Below are positions 1-9,292 of a DNA stretch of 64,000 nucleotides, piece after piece. Position 1 is the stretch's first letter, and every line of letters starts with the position of its first letter. The translations under genes were made by a program, and so were the position numbers. Below the pieces are notes generated by a model. The model was not told the origin of the DNA, did not search any database, and saw nothing but the letters and a program-made list of their open reading frames with translations. This DNA comes from Candidatus Woesearchaeota archaeon (GTDB taxonomy: Archaea; Nanobdellota; Nanobdellia; Woesearchaeales; JABGUJ01): contig JABGUJ010000003.1 in the NCBI GenBank assembly GCA_018646625.1, positions 142,355 through 206,354 on the forward strand, given 5' to 3'.

Positions 1-1
1 A

Positions 2-295
2 CAAGAAGGTCTTGGAGAACATCTTAAAACATTAACCGTATCAAATTCTAAAGCAGTTGCAATCGACATGCCACTTAAAGCAGGAATGCATTATGCATTA
101 ATGGCAAACGGAGTAAATAGTTTAGCCGCACTCATTGTAGCATATGGTGGTGTTGCATTAATCCCCGCGACATTCAAACTAAGACATGACTTCAAAAACG
201 GATTATTTGGAAACCATAGCCCAACACTAGATGATATAATTGAACCCGCAAACGACACCGAAGATTTAAGCGGAAGAGCACACACAGGAGCTTAA
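2..295 (+). CDS. 3' end of a hypothetical, probably membrane-associated protein (partial, runs off left edge)
   Basis: Frame is open from position 2 (QEGLGEHLK...) to TAA at 293-295; hydrophobic stretch SLAALIVAYGGVALI. Confidence 0.6.
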   Translation, partial: QEGLGEHLKTLTVSNSKAVAIDMPLKAGMHYALMANGVNSLAALIVAYGGVALIPATFKLRHDFKNGLFGNHSPTLDDIIEPANDTEDLSGRAHTGA

Positions 296-385
296 ACACA
301 ATAATTCTCGAGTTTTTAAATAGTCACCGCGCAGTGATAAAAATAGAAACATTTATAAAGTACGGAAACGGTTAAGATAGATAAA

Positions 386-1423
386 ATGTATCAAGATCTA
401 GATGAACTTACAGCCAAAGTAAAGCGCTTTCTATTAAATTATGGTGTCTTAGATGGAGACCCCGTTTTTAATGAGATAAAAGCACAGATGACTTGCGTAA
501 ATTCTAAAGGAGAATGGGAAGAATATTACATGCAACCCCCTTTTTGGCAATTGGTTGATGTTGATACACACACTCAAAATTTTAACGCAACAGACTCAGA
601 CTTGGATAGAACCGACTACGAAGCAACCATGGAAGATCTGATAAATAGAGTTCCCGACTCAGAAGATACGGTAATAATAGACATAGGAAGTCATTATGGA
701 AACATAGGTGGCGGATATTTAGCAAAAGAAAAACCTAATTCAAAAGTAATATTAGTTTCAAAATCAGAACCCGATATTATCAAAGTATTTCCAAAATATT
801 TATTCTGGGTTCCACCAGGAACTAAACCTGATAGATTCAGACTGCTTTTCGATAGGGGACAAGAAATTGTTTCAAATGAAGCAGACATGGAAACTAGAGT
901 TAGAAAATTATACGAAGCTAATGGTATTAACAACATAAGATTTCACGAACACGCATTAGATCTAAAAGATGCAGACAGAGCAAAAGTACCTGAATTTCTT
1001 AAACAATACAGAGGAAAAAGAGTTTACATATTTACTCACAGAATTCCACGAGATATACCATTCATGGTTGGAAATTTATACAATGCAATGCACGCACAAG
1101 AAGCAATAATCAGTCCAACAGCACAAGGAAGAACAGAACCTTCATCATTCTCATGGGAAGTTATACAAAAGAACATGGGACTAAGTGATGAACAACTCAC
1201 AGGATTAATGCTCTCCACTCTAGATCCAAATGGTGGAGAAACAGAAAGATATCAATACGATAACGCAGGTAAGTACGAAGGTCAAAAAAGAGTTGGCGTA
1301 ATGATAAAACTAGGAATGGCTTTAGCACTTGCAAAAGAAATAGACGGACAAGTTTACAGAAACACAGAATTAAAAACATTAGGGTGGAACCAAATGGACC
1401 ACTACATAAAAGCAAGAAGATAA
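386..1423 (+). CDS. Hypothetical protein, possible class I SAM-dependent methyltransferase-like fold
   Basis: 345 aa; IIDIGSHYGNIGGG resembles SAM-binding motif I; TTTATAAA box about 25 nt upstream. Confidence 0.55.
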   Translation: MYQDLDELTAKVKRFLLNYGVLDGDPVFNEIKAQMTCVNSKGEWEEYYMQPPFWQLVDVDTHTQNFNATDSDLDRTDYEATMEDLINRVPDSEDTVIIDIGSHYGNIGGGYLAKEKPNSKVILVSKSEPDIIKVFPKYLFWVPPGTKPDRFRLLFDRGQEIVSNEADMETRVRKLYEANGINNIRFHEHALDLKDADRAKVPEFLKQYRGKRVYIFTHRIPRDIPFMVGNLYNAMHAQEAIISPTAQGRTEPSSFSWEVIQKNMGLSDEQLTGLMLSTLDPNGGETERYQYDNAGKYEGQKRVGVMIKLGMALALAKEIDGQVYRNTELKTLGWNQMDHYIKARR

Positions 1424-1433
1424 AAAAAGAAAA

Positions 1434-1652
1434 CTAATTCTTAGATGCTAGCTTAACATCTCCTTCTTGAACAGTTTTCCTTCCAGAATGTTTAGCAATC
1501 CTTGATGCTTTTGTTGCAATATTCTCTGCAAATTCTTGAATTACATCTACCATTGCATCTACTGCATCCGCACTTACTCGTTTAGCACCCGCATCTAGAA
1601 TAATTCTAGCCACCGGAGCCTTTGGAACTACTCCAACTTTTCTCGTTGCCAT
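1434..1652 (-). CDS. Archaeal histone (HMf/nucleosomal type)
   Basis: PKAPVARII..AGAKRVS.DA...A.HSGRKTVQEGDV histone-fold signature; start reassigned to ATG 1652 after a GGGGGT SD-like site. Confidence 0.93.
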   Translation of the reverse strand: MATRKVGVVPKAPVARIILDAGAKRVSADAVDAMVDVIQEFAENIATKASRIAKHSGRKTVQEGDVKLASKN

Positions 1653-1806
1653 GATAATACCCCCATAACGGTTGTAACCTTTACTAAACATCCAAGAAAC
1701 GCTCTTTATAAACTTTTCTGTGAGAAACAAGCTCTTTAGCCTCTAAAAAGCAAGAAAAGCAATAAACAAGCCCCAAAACAAAATTCAACAAAAAGAGTTA
1801 CAAAAA

Positions 1807-1814
1807 TTTATATA
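1807..1814 (+). promoter_or_regulatory. TATA box of gltX (probably leaderless transcript)
   Basis: TTTATATA preceded by a purine-rich BRE-like run, 23 nt before the ATG at 1838. Confidence 0.6.
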
Positions 1815-1837
1815 AGAACTCTATAAAAGAAATCAAC

Positions 1838-3526
1838 ATGGTTTACAAAGATATCGTACGAAAATTCGCATTAGAAAACGCTTCAAAGTTCAACGGTAAA
1901 GCCAACCCTGGAAAAATTATTGGCAAAGTTATTGGAGAGAATCCAGAGTTTAAAGATAAACTAAAAGATATCAAACAAGATATTCTAGACATAGTAAACG
2001 AAGTAAACAAATTATCCGTAGAAGAACAAATTGAAGAACTAAAAAGAATCGCACCAGAACTACTAGAAAAGAAACCGGTAGAAAAGAAAACGGATCTTAA
2101 AGATTTAGAGAACGCAGAAGATGGTAAAGTAGTGATGCGTTTTGAGCCTTCTCCCTCAGGCCCAATGCACATAGGACATTCTTACGTATTTGGCTTAAAC
2201 TATCTTTATGCAAAAAAATACAACGGAAAATTAATCTTAAGAATATCAGATACTAATCCTGAGAATATTTACGAACCTTCTTACAACTTAATCAAAGAAG
2301 ATGGTGCTTGGTTAACCAACCACAGTATTACAGAGTTCATGATTCAATCAGAAAGGTTACAACTATACTACGATTACGCTTTAAAGTTAATAGAAGAAGG
2401 ACACGCATACATTTGTGAGTGTGACTCAGAAGAATTCAGATCATTAATACAGAAATGCGAGCCATGCCCTTGCAGAGAACTTCCGATAGAAGAACAATCA
2501 AAACGTTGGAGAAAAATGTTTGAGGGATACGCAGAAGGAGATGCAGTTTTTAGAATTAAAACCGACATCAAAGATAAGAATCCTGCAATGAGAGACTTCC
2601 CCGCATTAAGAATCAACGAATCAGAACATCCTAAACAAGGTAAAAAGTTTAGAGTTTGGCCTTTGATGAATTTCTCAGTAGCTATCGACGATGCAGAATC
2701 CGGCGTTACACACACACTAAGAGGTAAAGATCACGCAGACAATGCAAAAAGACAAGCAATTATACACGAATACCTTAATCACAAGACTCCAATTGCAATC
2801 TCAGTTGGAAGAATAAACTTCGAAGGATTTCCAGTTTCATGTTCAAAAACCAAACCATTAATTGAAGATGGCACATATTCTGGTTGGGATGACATTAGAA
2901 TTCCATTCTTACCTGCATTAAAACGCAGAGGCATACAACCTGAAGCACTATTAAGATACTGTATAGAAGTTGGTGTAACAAGAAACGATAAATCTGTACA
3001 TATTGATGAGTTCTTTAAAACAATTCACGCATTTAACAAAGAGATTATTGATCCTAACGCTAACAGATACTTCTTTGTTGCAGATCCTGTTAAAATAACA
3101 ATACAAGACGCACCAAATAAAACAGTAGAAATGGATCTACATCCTGACAATAAGAAAAGTGGTAGAACATTCAATTGTAAAGATTCATACTTCATAGCTA
3201 AAGAAGATTATAACTGTATACAAGATGGCGAAGAAGTAAGATTAAGAGATTGCTTAAACTTCAAGAAACAAGGAGAAGAGTTCATCTATACGTCATCCGA
3301 ACATGATAAATTCTCAGGAAAGAAGCTAATACATTGGATACCTGAAGAAGAAAACTATCATGAAGCAGAAGTATTAATGCACAACAACACAACTGTTAAA
3401 GGAATTGTAGAAAGAGAAATCGAGAAGCTCCAAGACGGCGGAGTTTGCCAATTTGAACGTTTCGGCTTTGTAAGATTAGATTCTTCTGATCAAAACCACT
3501 ACAAATTATGGTTTACCCATAAGTAA
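1838..3526 (+). CDS. gltX: Glutamate--tRNA ligase (archaeal type)
   Basis: VVMRFEPSPSGPMHIGH (HIGH), LRGKDH, GWDDIR, QFERFGFVRLD; archaeal N-terminal domain. Confidence 0.97.
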   Translation: MVYKDIVRKFALENASKFNGKANPGKIIGKVIGENPEFKDKLKDIKQDILDIVNEVNKLSVEEQIEELKRIAPELLEKKPVEKKTDLKDLENAEDGKVVMRFEPSPSGPMHIGHSYVFGLNYLYAKKYNGKLILRISDTNPENIYEPSYNLIKEDGAWLTNHSITEFMIQSERLQLYYDYALKLIEEGHAYICECDSEEFRSLIQKCEPCPCRELPIEEQSKRWRKMFEGYAEGDAVFRIKTDIKDKNPAMRDFPALRINESEHPKQGKKFRVWPLMNFSVAIDDAESGVTHTLRGKDHADNAKRQAIIHEYLNHKTPIAISVGRINFEGFPVSCSKTKPLIEDGTYSGWDDIRIPFLPALKRRGIQPEALLRYCIEVGVTRNDKSVHIDEFFKTIHAFNKEIIDPNANRYFFVADPVKITIQDAPNKTVEMDLHPDNKKSGRTFNCKDSYFIAKEDYNCIQDGEEVRLRDCLNFKKQGEEFIYTSSEHDKFSGKKLIHWIPEEENYHEAEVLMHNNTTVKGIVEREIEKLQDGGVCQFERFGFVRLDSSDQNHYKLWFTHK

Positions 3527-3572
3527 CGAATTCTGGCATTTTAGCGCTTGAAACCCCTAAATTATAGAAAGG

Positions 3573-3580
3573 TTTATATA
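3573..3580 (+). promoter_or_regulatory. TATA box upstream of the histone doublet gene
   Basis: GAAAGG-TTTATATA; GAGGTG SD at 3636-3641 before ATG 3650. Confidence 0.55.
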
Positions 3581-3649
3581 GTAGCAAATGGTTAAACAGG
3601 CCATACGCGTAATATTCATGCGTTATAGAAGATATGAGGTGGTTATACC

Positions 3650-4006
3650 ATGAGTTTAGTAGTAAAAGCAAAAATAAAAGACGTAGCAAAAGGCCATAAT
3701 GTTGCAGGAGACTTCGCAGAAGCACTTAGTGACAAAGTAAAGTCCTTAATTGATGACGCTGTTAAAAGAGCAGATGGAAACGGTAGAAGAACTGTAATGG
3801 CAAAAGATGTTGCACATTTCTTCGGTGCTGGTAAAGCTGCTGAAAACCTAGTTGTTAAAGCTGCAGTTAAAGATTCAATCAAAGGCGCAAATGTAGCTGG
3901 AGATCTTGCAGAAGCTCTAAATAACGTTGCAAACTGGCTTGTAAAAGTTGCTTGCGAAAGAGCAGACGCTAACGGCAGAAAAACTGTTATGGCTAAAGAC
4001 TTGTAA
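3650..4006 (+). CDS. Tandem (doublet) histone-fold protein of the DUF1931 / face-to-face histone type
   Basis: Two copies of LVVKA..K.....NVAGD.AEAL...V..L...A..RAD.NGR[RK]TVMAKD. Confidence 0.88.
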   Translation: MSLVVKAKIKDVAKGHNVAGDFAEALSDKVKSLIDDAVKRADGNGRRTVMAKDVAHFFGAGKAAENLVVKAAVKDSIKGANVAGDLAEALNNVANWLVKVACERADANGRKTVMAKDL

Positions 4007-4011
4007 TTAAG

Positions 4012-4040
4012 TCTTTTTTTCTTTTCTTTTTTCTATTTCT
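4012..4040 (+). terminator. Oligo-T archaeal terminator
   Basis: Long T-rich tract immediately after the stop codon at 4006. Confidence 0.6.
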
Positions 4041-4101
4041 TAAGAATTACTTGTTCTATCTAACAAAAACACATATAAACAATATTACAAAACCTAACAA
4101 C

Positions 4102-4620
4102 ATGAAAATACTTGTAGGTTCTAAGAATCCAGTAAAGATTGAATCTGTTAAGGAAGCATTTGCTAAATTATACGAGAATATAGAAGTAGAAGGCATTAGC
4201 GTCGAATCTAACGTTCCGGATCAACCGCTAAACAAAGAAACATTTGAAGGCGCAAGAAACAGAGCTTTAGAATTAAGAAAACTACAATCTGATGCAGACT
4301 TTTTCGTAGGCATAGAAGGCGGAATTGCAGATATCTGCGGAACATGGTTCTCATTCGGTGCAGTACACATCATAAATAAAGATGGAAAAGAAGGAAAAGG
4401 TACATCTCCGCACTTTCTACTACCAGATAAAGTAATCAAGAGACTTCAACAACGAGAAGAGCTAGGCATCATCATGGACGAGATCACTAAAGAATCTAAC
4501 ACCAAACAAAAAGGAGGAGCAATCGGATTCTTTACAAACGGGGTAATGACCAGAAAAGAGCTATATGTTGGCGGAATAATTACCGCATTAATCCCATTTC
4601 AACATCCAAACTTATTCTAG
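4102..4620 (+). CDS. yjjX: Inosine/xanthosine triphosphatase (non-canonical NTPase, YjjX family)
   Basis: MKILVGSKNPVKI, V.DQP, GARNRA, GIEGGI, KQKGGAIGFFTNG. Confidence 0.92.
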   Translation: MKILVGSKNPVKIESVKEAFAKLYENIEVEGISVESNVPDQPLNKETFEGARNRALELRKLQSDADFFVGIEGGIADICGTWFSFGAVHIINKDGKEGKGTSPHFLLPDKVIKRLQQREELGIIMDEITKESNTKQKGGAIGFFTNGVMTRKELYVGGIITALIPFQHPNLF

Positions 4621-4680
4621 ACACTGGTCACTGGACAAACCCGTGTGAGCTTTTTAAACTATTTACACTCTCAATTCTAT

Positions 4681-5805
4681 ATGGACGTATTAGAAAAAGT
4701 AAAGATTCTAGGTGATGCAGGAAAATGGGATGCTTGTGCCAGTTCAGCATCAAATAGAAAAGTCACGACCAAAGACAGAATAGGAGATGCCTCCGCATGC
4801 GGTATCTGTCATTCATTCACAGAAAACGGAAGATGCATATCCTTATTCAAAACATTAATGACAAACAGTTGTAAATTCGATTGTAAATACTGCCAAAACT
4901 CAACACATTGCGAAAGAAAAAAAACCACACAATACAAACCTGAAGAACTCGCAAAAGTATTCATGAATCTTTACGTAAAGAATTACGTAGAAGGATTATT
5001 TCTATCATCAGGTATTGTAAAGAACCCAGATGAAACTACAGAAAACATGCTTGAAGCTATTAATCTTATAAGAAACAAATACAAATTTCAAGGCTATGTA
5101 CATTTCAAAGTATTACCTGGAACAAACCGAGACTTAATCAAACAAGCTAATGAAACAGCAGACAGATTATCAATAAACTTAGAAGCACCTAATCACTCTA
5201 GACTAAGCGAAATAAGCGACATTAAAGATTACAAAATTGACATTCTAAGAAGACAATCATACATTAAACATCTAAACCCCGTAGCTGGACAAACAACCCA
5301 ACTAGTAGTTGGAGGAAGTGATGAAACAGATTATGAAATTCTGAAAATGATAGACTGGGAATATGAAAATATGAAATTAAAACGAGCATACTATTCGGCC
5401 TTCACCCCAATTCAGAAAACCCCATTAGAATTCAAAGACAAGACCCCATTACAAAGAGAACACAAACTCTACCAAGTTGATTTCATGATGAGACAATACG
5501 ATATTAAACTTAGAGAATTCAGAGACATAATGGCAAACGGAGATTTACCAAAAGGCGATCCAAAAGTACATCTTGCAAGAGAACGGTTTGACAAACCAAT
5601 AGACATTAACGAAGCTTGCTACGAAGATGTAATCAGAATCCCAGGCATAGGACCGCAAGGGGCACAAAAGATAATGTCACTACAACATACAGGACAAAAA
5701 ATAACAAAAAGAATACAACTTCATTCTATGGGAATAGTGCTCAAGAGAGCAGAACCATTCATCAAAATAAACGGACATTCACAACAAACACTAACAGCAT
5801 ACTAA
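4681..5805 (+). CDS. Putative DNA modification/repair radical SAM protein with HhH motif (TIGR03916-like)
   Basis: GICHSF..GRCISLFKTLMTN.CKFDCKYC (CX3CX2C), EGLFLSSG, REHKLYQ.D, RIPGIG. Confidence 0.92.
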   Translation: MDVLEKVKILGDAGKWDACASSASNRKVTTKDRIGDASACGICHSFTENGRCISLFKTLMTNSCKFDCKYCQNSTHCERKKTTQYKPEELAKVFMNLYVKNYVEGLFLSSGIVKNPDETTENMLEAINLIRNKYKFQGYVHFKVLPGTNRDLIKQANETADRLSINLEAPNHSRLSEISDIKDYKIDILRRQSYIKHLNPVAGQTTQLVVGGSDETDYEILKMIDWEYENMKLKRAYYSAFTPIQKTPLEFKDKTPLQREHKLYQVDFMMRQYDIKLREFRDIMANGDLPKGDPKVHLARERFDKPIDINEACYEDVIRIPGIGPQGAQKIMSLQHTGQKITKRIQLHSMGIVLKRAEPFIKINGHSQQTLTAY

Positions 5806-5806
5806 A

Positions 5807-6412
5807 ATGAAACATATTAATCCAAAAATCGCAGATCTATTCGATGCAGCACACAGACATAAAGAATATTCTCAAGAACTTCTAAGTTCAGTTATGCAAC
5901 AAGATTATAATCTAGTAAAAAACAATGCAACCCCTGAAGCCAAGAAGTTATTCAGAATGCAAAGCGGCGTACTAAAGTATTTTCACCTCAAAAGATGCTT
6001 CATGCGCTTAGAATTCTCAAAACACGGCATACTATATTGTAAGACAGAACTAGAACACAAAGTTGTTGACATGCTTCTTAGCTTCTTCCACAAACGATTT
6101 CCAATATTTCACATCGCAATCCAATACAAAGACAAAACCTATGTTATTAACACCAAAGGCCAAATGCAGATAGTAAAAGCCAATATGAATGATACAATAA
6201 AACAGTTAGAACGAAAACTACCACTTAATGATCTTCTCTCAGATCTAGATATGGAAGAAAGCCTATGGGAAGACTACTACAACTCTCAATATATTAAAGA
6301 AAGAAGAAATGTAAAACTAATGAATCAGATGATGCCTTTAAAATACAGAGATCAAGATCACATAGAATCAACAGTTGTTAAAAGATGTCAAAAACTCACA
6401 GACTTCATGTAA
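5807..6412 (+). CDS. DUF4130 domain protein (TIGR03915-like partner of the radical SAM protein)
   Basis: LWEDYYNSQYIKERRN.KLM.QMMP.KY C-terminal motif; starts 1 nt after the radical SAM stop. Confidence 0.8.
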   Translation: MKHINPKIADLFDAAHRHKEYSQELLSSVMQQDYNLVKNNATPEAKKLFRMQSGVLKYFHLKRCFMRLEFSKHGILYCKTELEHKVVDMLLSFFHKRFPIFHIAIQYKDKTYVINTKGQMQIVKANMNDTIKQLERKLPLNDLLSDLDMEESLWEDYYNSQYIKERRNVKLMNQMMPLKYRDQDHIESTVVKRCQKLTDFM

Positions 6413-6436
6413 TAAGGTTAATTAAAAAAGAAAAAA

Positions 6437-7585
6437 TCAGATCTGTTCCCAGATCTCTTCACCGTCAGAATCAAAGTAGTGCAGTCCTAAAGATGACAGA
6501 ACATCGCCATTCTCATCAAAGCTAACAGTACCCGCAGCACCCTCCCAGTCTTCAACAGAGTAAAGAAAGTTCTTAAGGCACTCTACTTCATCTCCACTAC
6601 AACTTTCGATTGCATCTTTAATCAAATACAAAGCGTCATAGGAACTAGCCACAAAGAAGTAATCAGTTTGCGGATTCTGTTCATACTTTGTATTATATTC
6701 TTGAAGCATCTTCGCAGTTTGCCATCTTGCAGGATCAACATACGGCCCAACAGTAAATGCACCCGCAGACAATCCATTAGTTTCATCAAAAACCTTTTGG
6801 TTTGCACCAACAACGTTAGCTATAAGTTCATATTCATCTAACATTCCCAGTTCAGCCAATTGCCTATAGTACAAGATTGCATCATCCTCACCATGAGATG
6901 AAAAAAGTATTGCATCCACCCCACTCTCACTTATCTTCAACAATCTCGATCTAAAATCAGTCTCATCCGAATAATATGCCTGCACAGTCACAATCTCTCC
7001 GCCAAGGTCTTCAAAACTTTTTGCAAAAGATAGATACACAGACATTGGAAAGTCTAATTGCTCATAAACCACAGCAACACTCCGTACGCCCTTAACATTG
7101 TAAGCATACTCTGCTAATCTAAACGCATAGTAATCACTTGAAGGCATATTTCTAAAACTGTAATCTCCAGAGTCAGTAAAATCCTTCGAAGAAGTTATTG
7201 ATGCAAACTGTAAAATTTTATTATCATTTGCAATAGGCGCAATAGCTAAACTTTCAGTACTACAGTGCCCGCCAAGTATTACATTAACATCATCCATATG
7301 TATTAATTTATTAGCTGCGTTTGTTGCAAGCTTCGCGTTACATGCGCCATCTTCAACTATTAACTCAATCTGTCTACCCAATATGCCGCCTTCTGCATTA
7401 ATTTGTTCTGAAGCCATAATTGCTGCTTTAGCAGCAGGCAAACCATAAGTTGCTGCACTTCCAGTCATTGGACTAATAAAACCAATCTTAATCACATCTT
7501 CTTTTACAACTTCACCAGTCAATTGACCAGTACACCCAGTTAGTAAAATCACTAACAAAGCTACCGCTATAATCATCTTTTTCAT
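6437..7585 (-). CDS. Branched-chain amino acid (LivK-like) substrate-binding lipoprotein
   Basis: Lipobox LLTGC; IKIGFISPMTGSAA.YG, INAEGGILGRQIELIVED, SYDA, GAAGTVSFDENGD. Confidence 0.92.
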   Translation of the reverse strand: MKKMIIAVALLVILLTGCTGQLTGEVVKEDVIKIGFISPMTGSAATYGLPAAKAAIMASEQINAEGGILGRQIELIVEDGACNAKLATNAANKLIHMDDVNVILGGHCSTESLAIAPIANDNKILQFASITSSKDFTDSGDYSFRNMPSSDYYAFRLAEYAYNVKGVRSVAVVYEQLDFPMSVYLSFAKSFEDLGGEIVTVQAYYSDETDFRSRLLKISESGVDAILFSSHGEDDAILYYRQLAELGMLDEYELIANVVGANQKVFDETNGLSAGAFTVGPYVDPARWQTAKMLQEYNTKYEQNPQTDYFFVASSYDALYLIKDAIESCSGDEVECLKNFLYSVEDWEGAAGTVSFDENGDVLSSLGLHYFDSDGEEIWEQI

Positions 7586-7719
7586 TTTCTAGCCACCTCA
7601 TAATTAAAGTTTAATTCACTATATAGTGACTAATAGAGAAACCAGATAATAAAACCATTCACTAGTTTTTTACTCAAAATAACAAAGCTTTTAAATAAAA
7701 CAGAGATATAATAAACAAA

Positions 7720-8691
7720 ATGCATAAATTAGACGTTAAAGACCTCAAGATCATCAGAGAGCTAGAATTAGATGCAAGACAGCCCATATCACAAATTGCA
7801 AAGAATGTAGGGCTATCGAAAGAAGTTACAAACTACAGACTAAAACGAATTCTAAACAACAAAATAACAACAAGGCCTTTCGTGTTAGTAGATTTTGGAA
7901 AACTAGGCATTTCAACATACAGAATATATCTAAAACTTGAAAACGTAACACCAGAAAAAGAAAAAGAAATATTTGAATTTCTTAAAGAAGAACAGCCCGT
8001 ACAATGGATCGGATTCTACAACGGACCATGGGACATAATAATGCGACTAAGTGCAAGAAACAGCGTAGAACTGGAAAACACAATATCTCGCTGGTTAGAA
8101 AAATACGGACAATACATCGCAGCAAAAGAAATTGTACTTTCAACACACCATTCAGTACAACCAGCAACTTACCTTTATCCAGAATATAAACCAGAAAAAG
8201 CACCTCACTATAGATTCGAAGATGACAAACCAAAAGTACTAGACGAAAAAGACTTCAAAATTCTAAAGGAACTGGAAAATAATTCACGAACACCCACAAT
8301 AGAAATTGCAAAAAAAATAGGTTTATCCGCAAACGCAACTTCCGAAAGAATAAAACGACTAGAAAAAGAAGAAATAATCCGAAGATACTGTTGCTTCATC
8401 AATTCAAGAGCAATAGGTCACCAATACAATCACGTCCTATTCAAACTACACCTGGCAAACAAAACAAAGACACAATCATTGATCAATTACTGCCTGCAAC
8501 ACCCAAATGTCTTCGTCGTCGTCTCAGTAATCGGAGCATGGGATTTTGAACTAAGCATATCAACAAAAGACGCACAAGAATTCCATAAAGTAATGAGAGA
8601 AATAACAAAAGATTATTTTTCAGTAATAAAAGAATACCAATACGCGACTGAAGTTGAGAACTATCCTCGAAACCCTTTCAAGAATATCTAG
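7720..8691 (+). CDS. Lrp/AsnC family regulator with two tandem HTH-RAM units
   Basis: LDVKDLKIIRELELDARQPISQIAK and LDEKDFKILKELENNSRTPTIEIAK; G.WD motif twice. Confidence 0.92.
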   Translation: MHKLDVKDLKIIRELELDARQPISQIAKNVGLSKEVTNYRLKRILNNKITTRPFVLVDFGKLGISTYRIYLKLENVTPEKEKEIFEFLKEEQPVQWIGFYNGPWDIIMRLSARNSVELENTISRWLEKYGQYIAAKEIVLSTHHSVQPATYLYPEYKPEKAPHYRFEDDKPKVLDEKDFKILKELENNSRTPTIEIAKKIGLSANATSERIKRLEKEEIIRRYCCFINSRAIGHQYNHVLFKLHLANKTKTQSLINYCLQHPNVFVVVSVIGAWDFELSISTKDAQEFHKVMREITKDYFSVIKEYQYATEVENYPRNPFKNI

Positions 8692-8699
8692 AAGAATAA

Positions 8700-9170
8700 T
8701 TACTTACGTTTCTTAACATCCCTACTATGTATAGCAATCAAAGATTGAGTTTTCTCAACACCTTCAACTAATTGCAATTTACCTAACAGAATATCATCAA
8801 ACTCAGAAACATCTTTAACCCTAACAACTGCAACAATATCCGTTCCTCCAGAAACAATATCTACCCGTTCAACAAAATAGAATTTACGTAATTTCTCAGC
8901 AATATCATATTGAGTCTTCTTCTGCCGTTTCAAAACACCCAGATTAACAGAAACCAGAATATAAGATAAAAAACCTTTACCCACCTTAGAAGGATCAACA
9001 TCCACCGTAAACTTACGAATAATCCCTTCAGACTTTAATTTCCTAATCCTGTTGTGAATCGTAGTAGGAGGCAACAAAGTTTTCTTAGCAATCTGCCTAG
9101 TAGTATAATCCCCGTTTTCTTTCAATACATCCAATATAGCCAGATCCTTATCATCCATATCGTAAACCAT
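8700..9170 (-). CDS. Lrp/AsnC family regulator (AsnC-like, divergent from asnA)
   Basis: MDDKDLAILDVL, TTIHNRIRKL...GII HTH; VSGGTD, GVEKTQS RAM domain. Confidence 0.92.
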   Translation of the reverse strand: MVYDMDDKDLAILDVLKENGDYTTRQIAKKTLLPPTTIHNRIRKLKSEGIIRKFTVDVDPSKVGKGFLSYILVSVNLGVLKRQKKTQYDIAEKLRKFYFVERVDIVSGGTDIVAVVRVKDVSEFDDILLGKLQLVEGVEKTQSLIAIHSRDVKKRK

Positions 9171-9292
9171 AATGGAACATATGTTCCAGATATTATATAA
9201 ATCTACCTATTTTTAGCAATAAACCCCATAACAATCAGAATAATAATATAAAGCAGCAACACCTAGATAATTCCAGGTTGGAGGTAGTAAAA

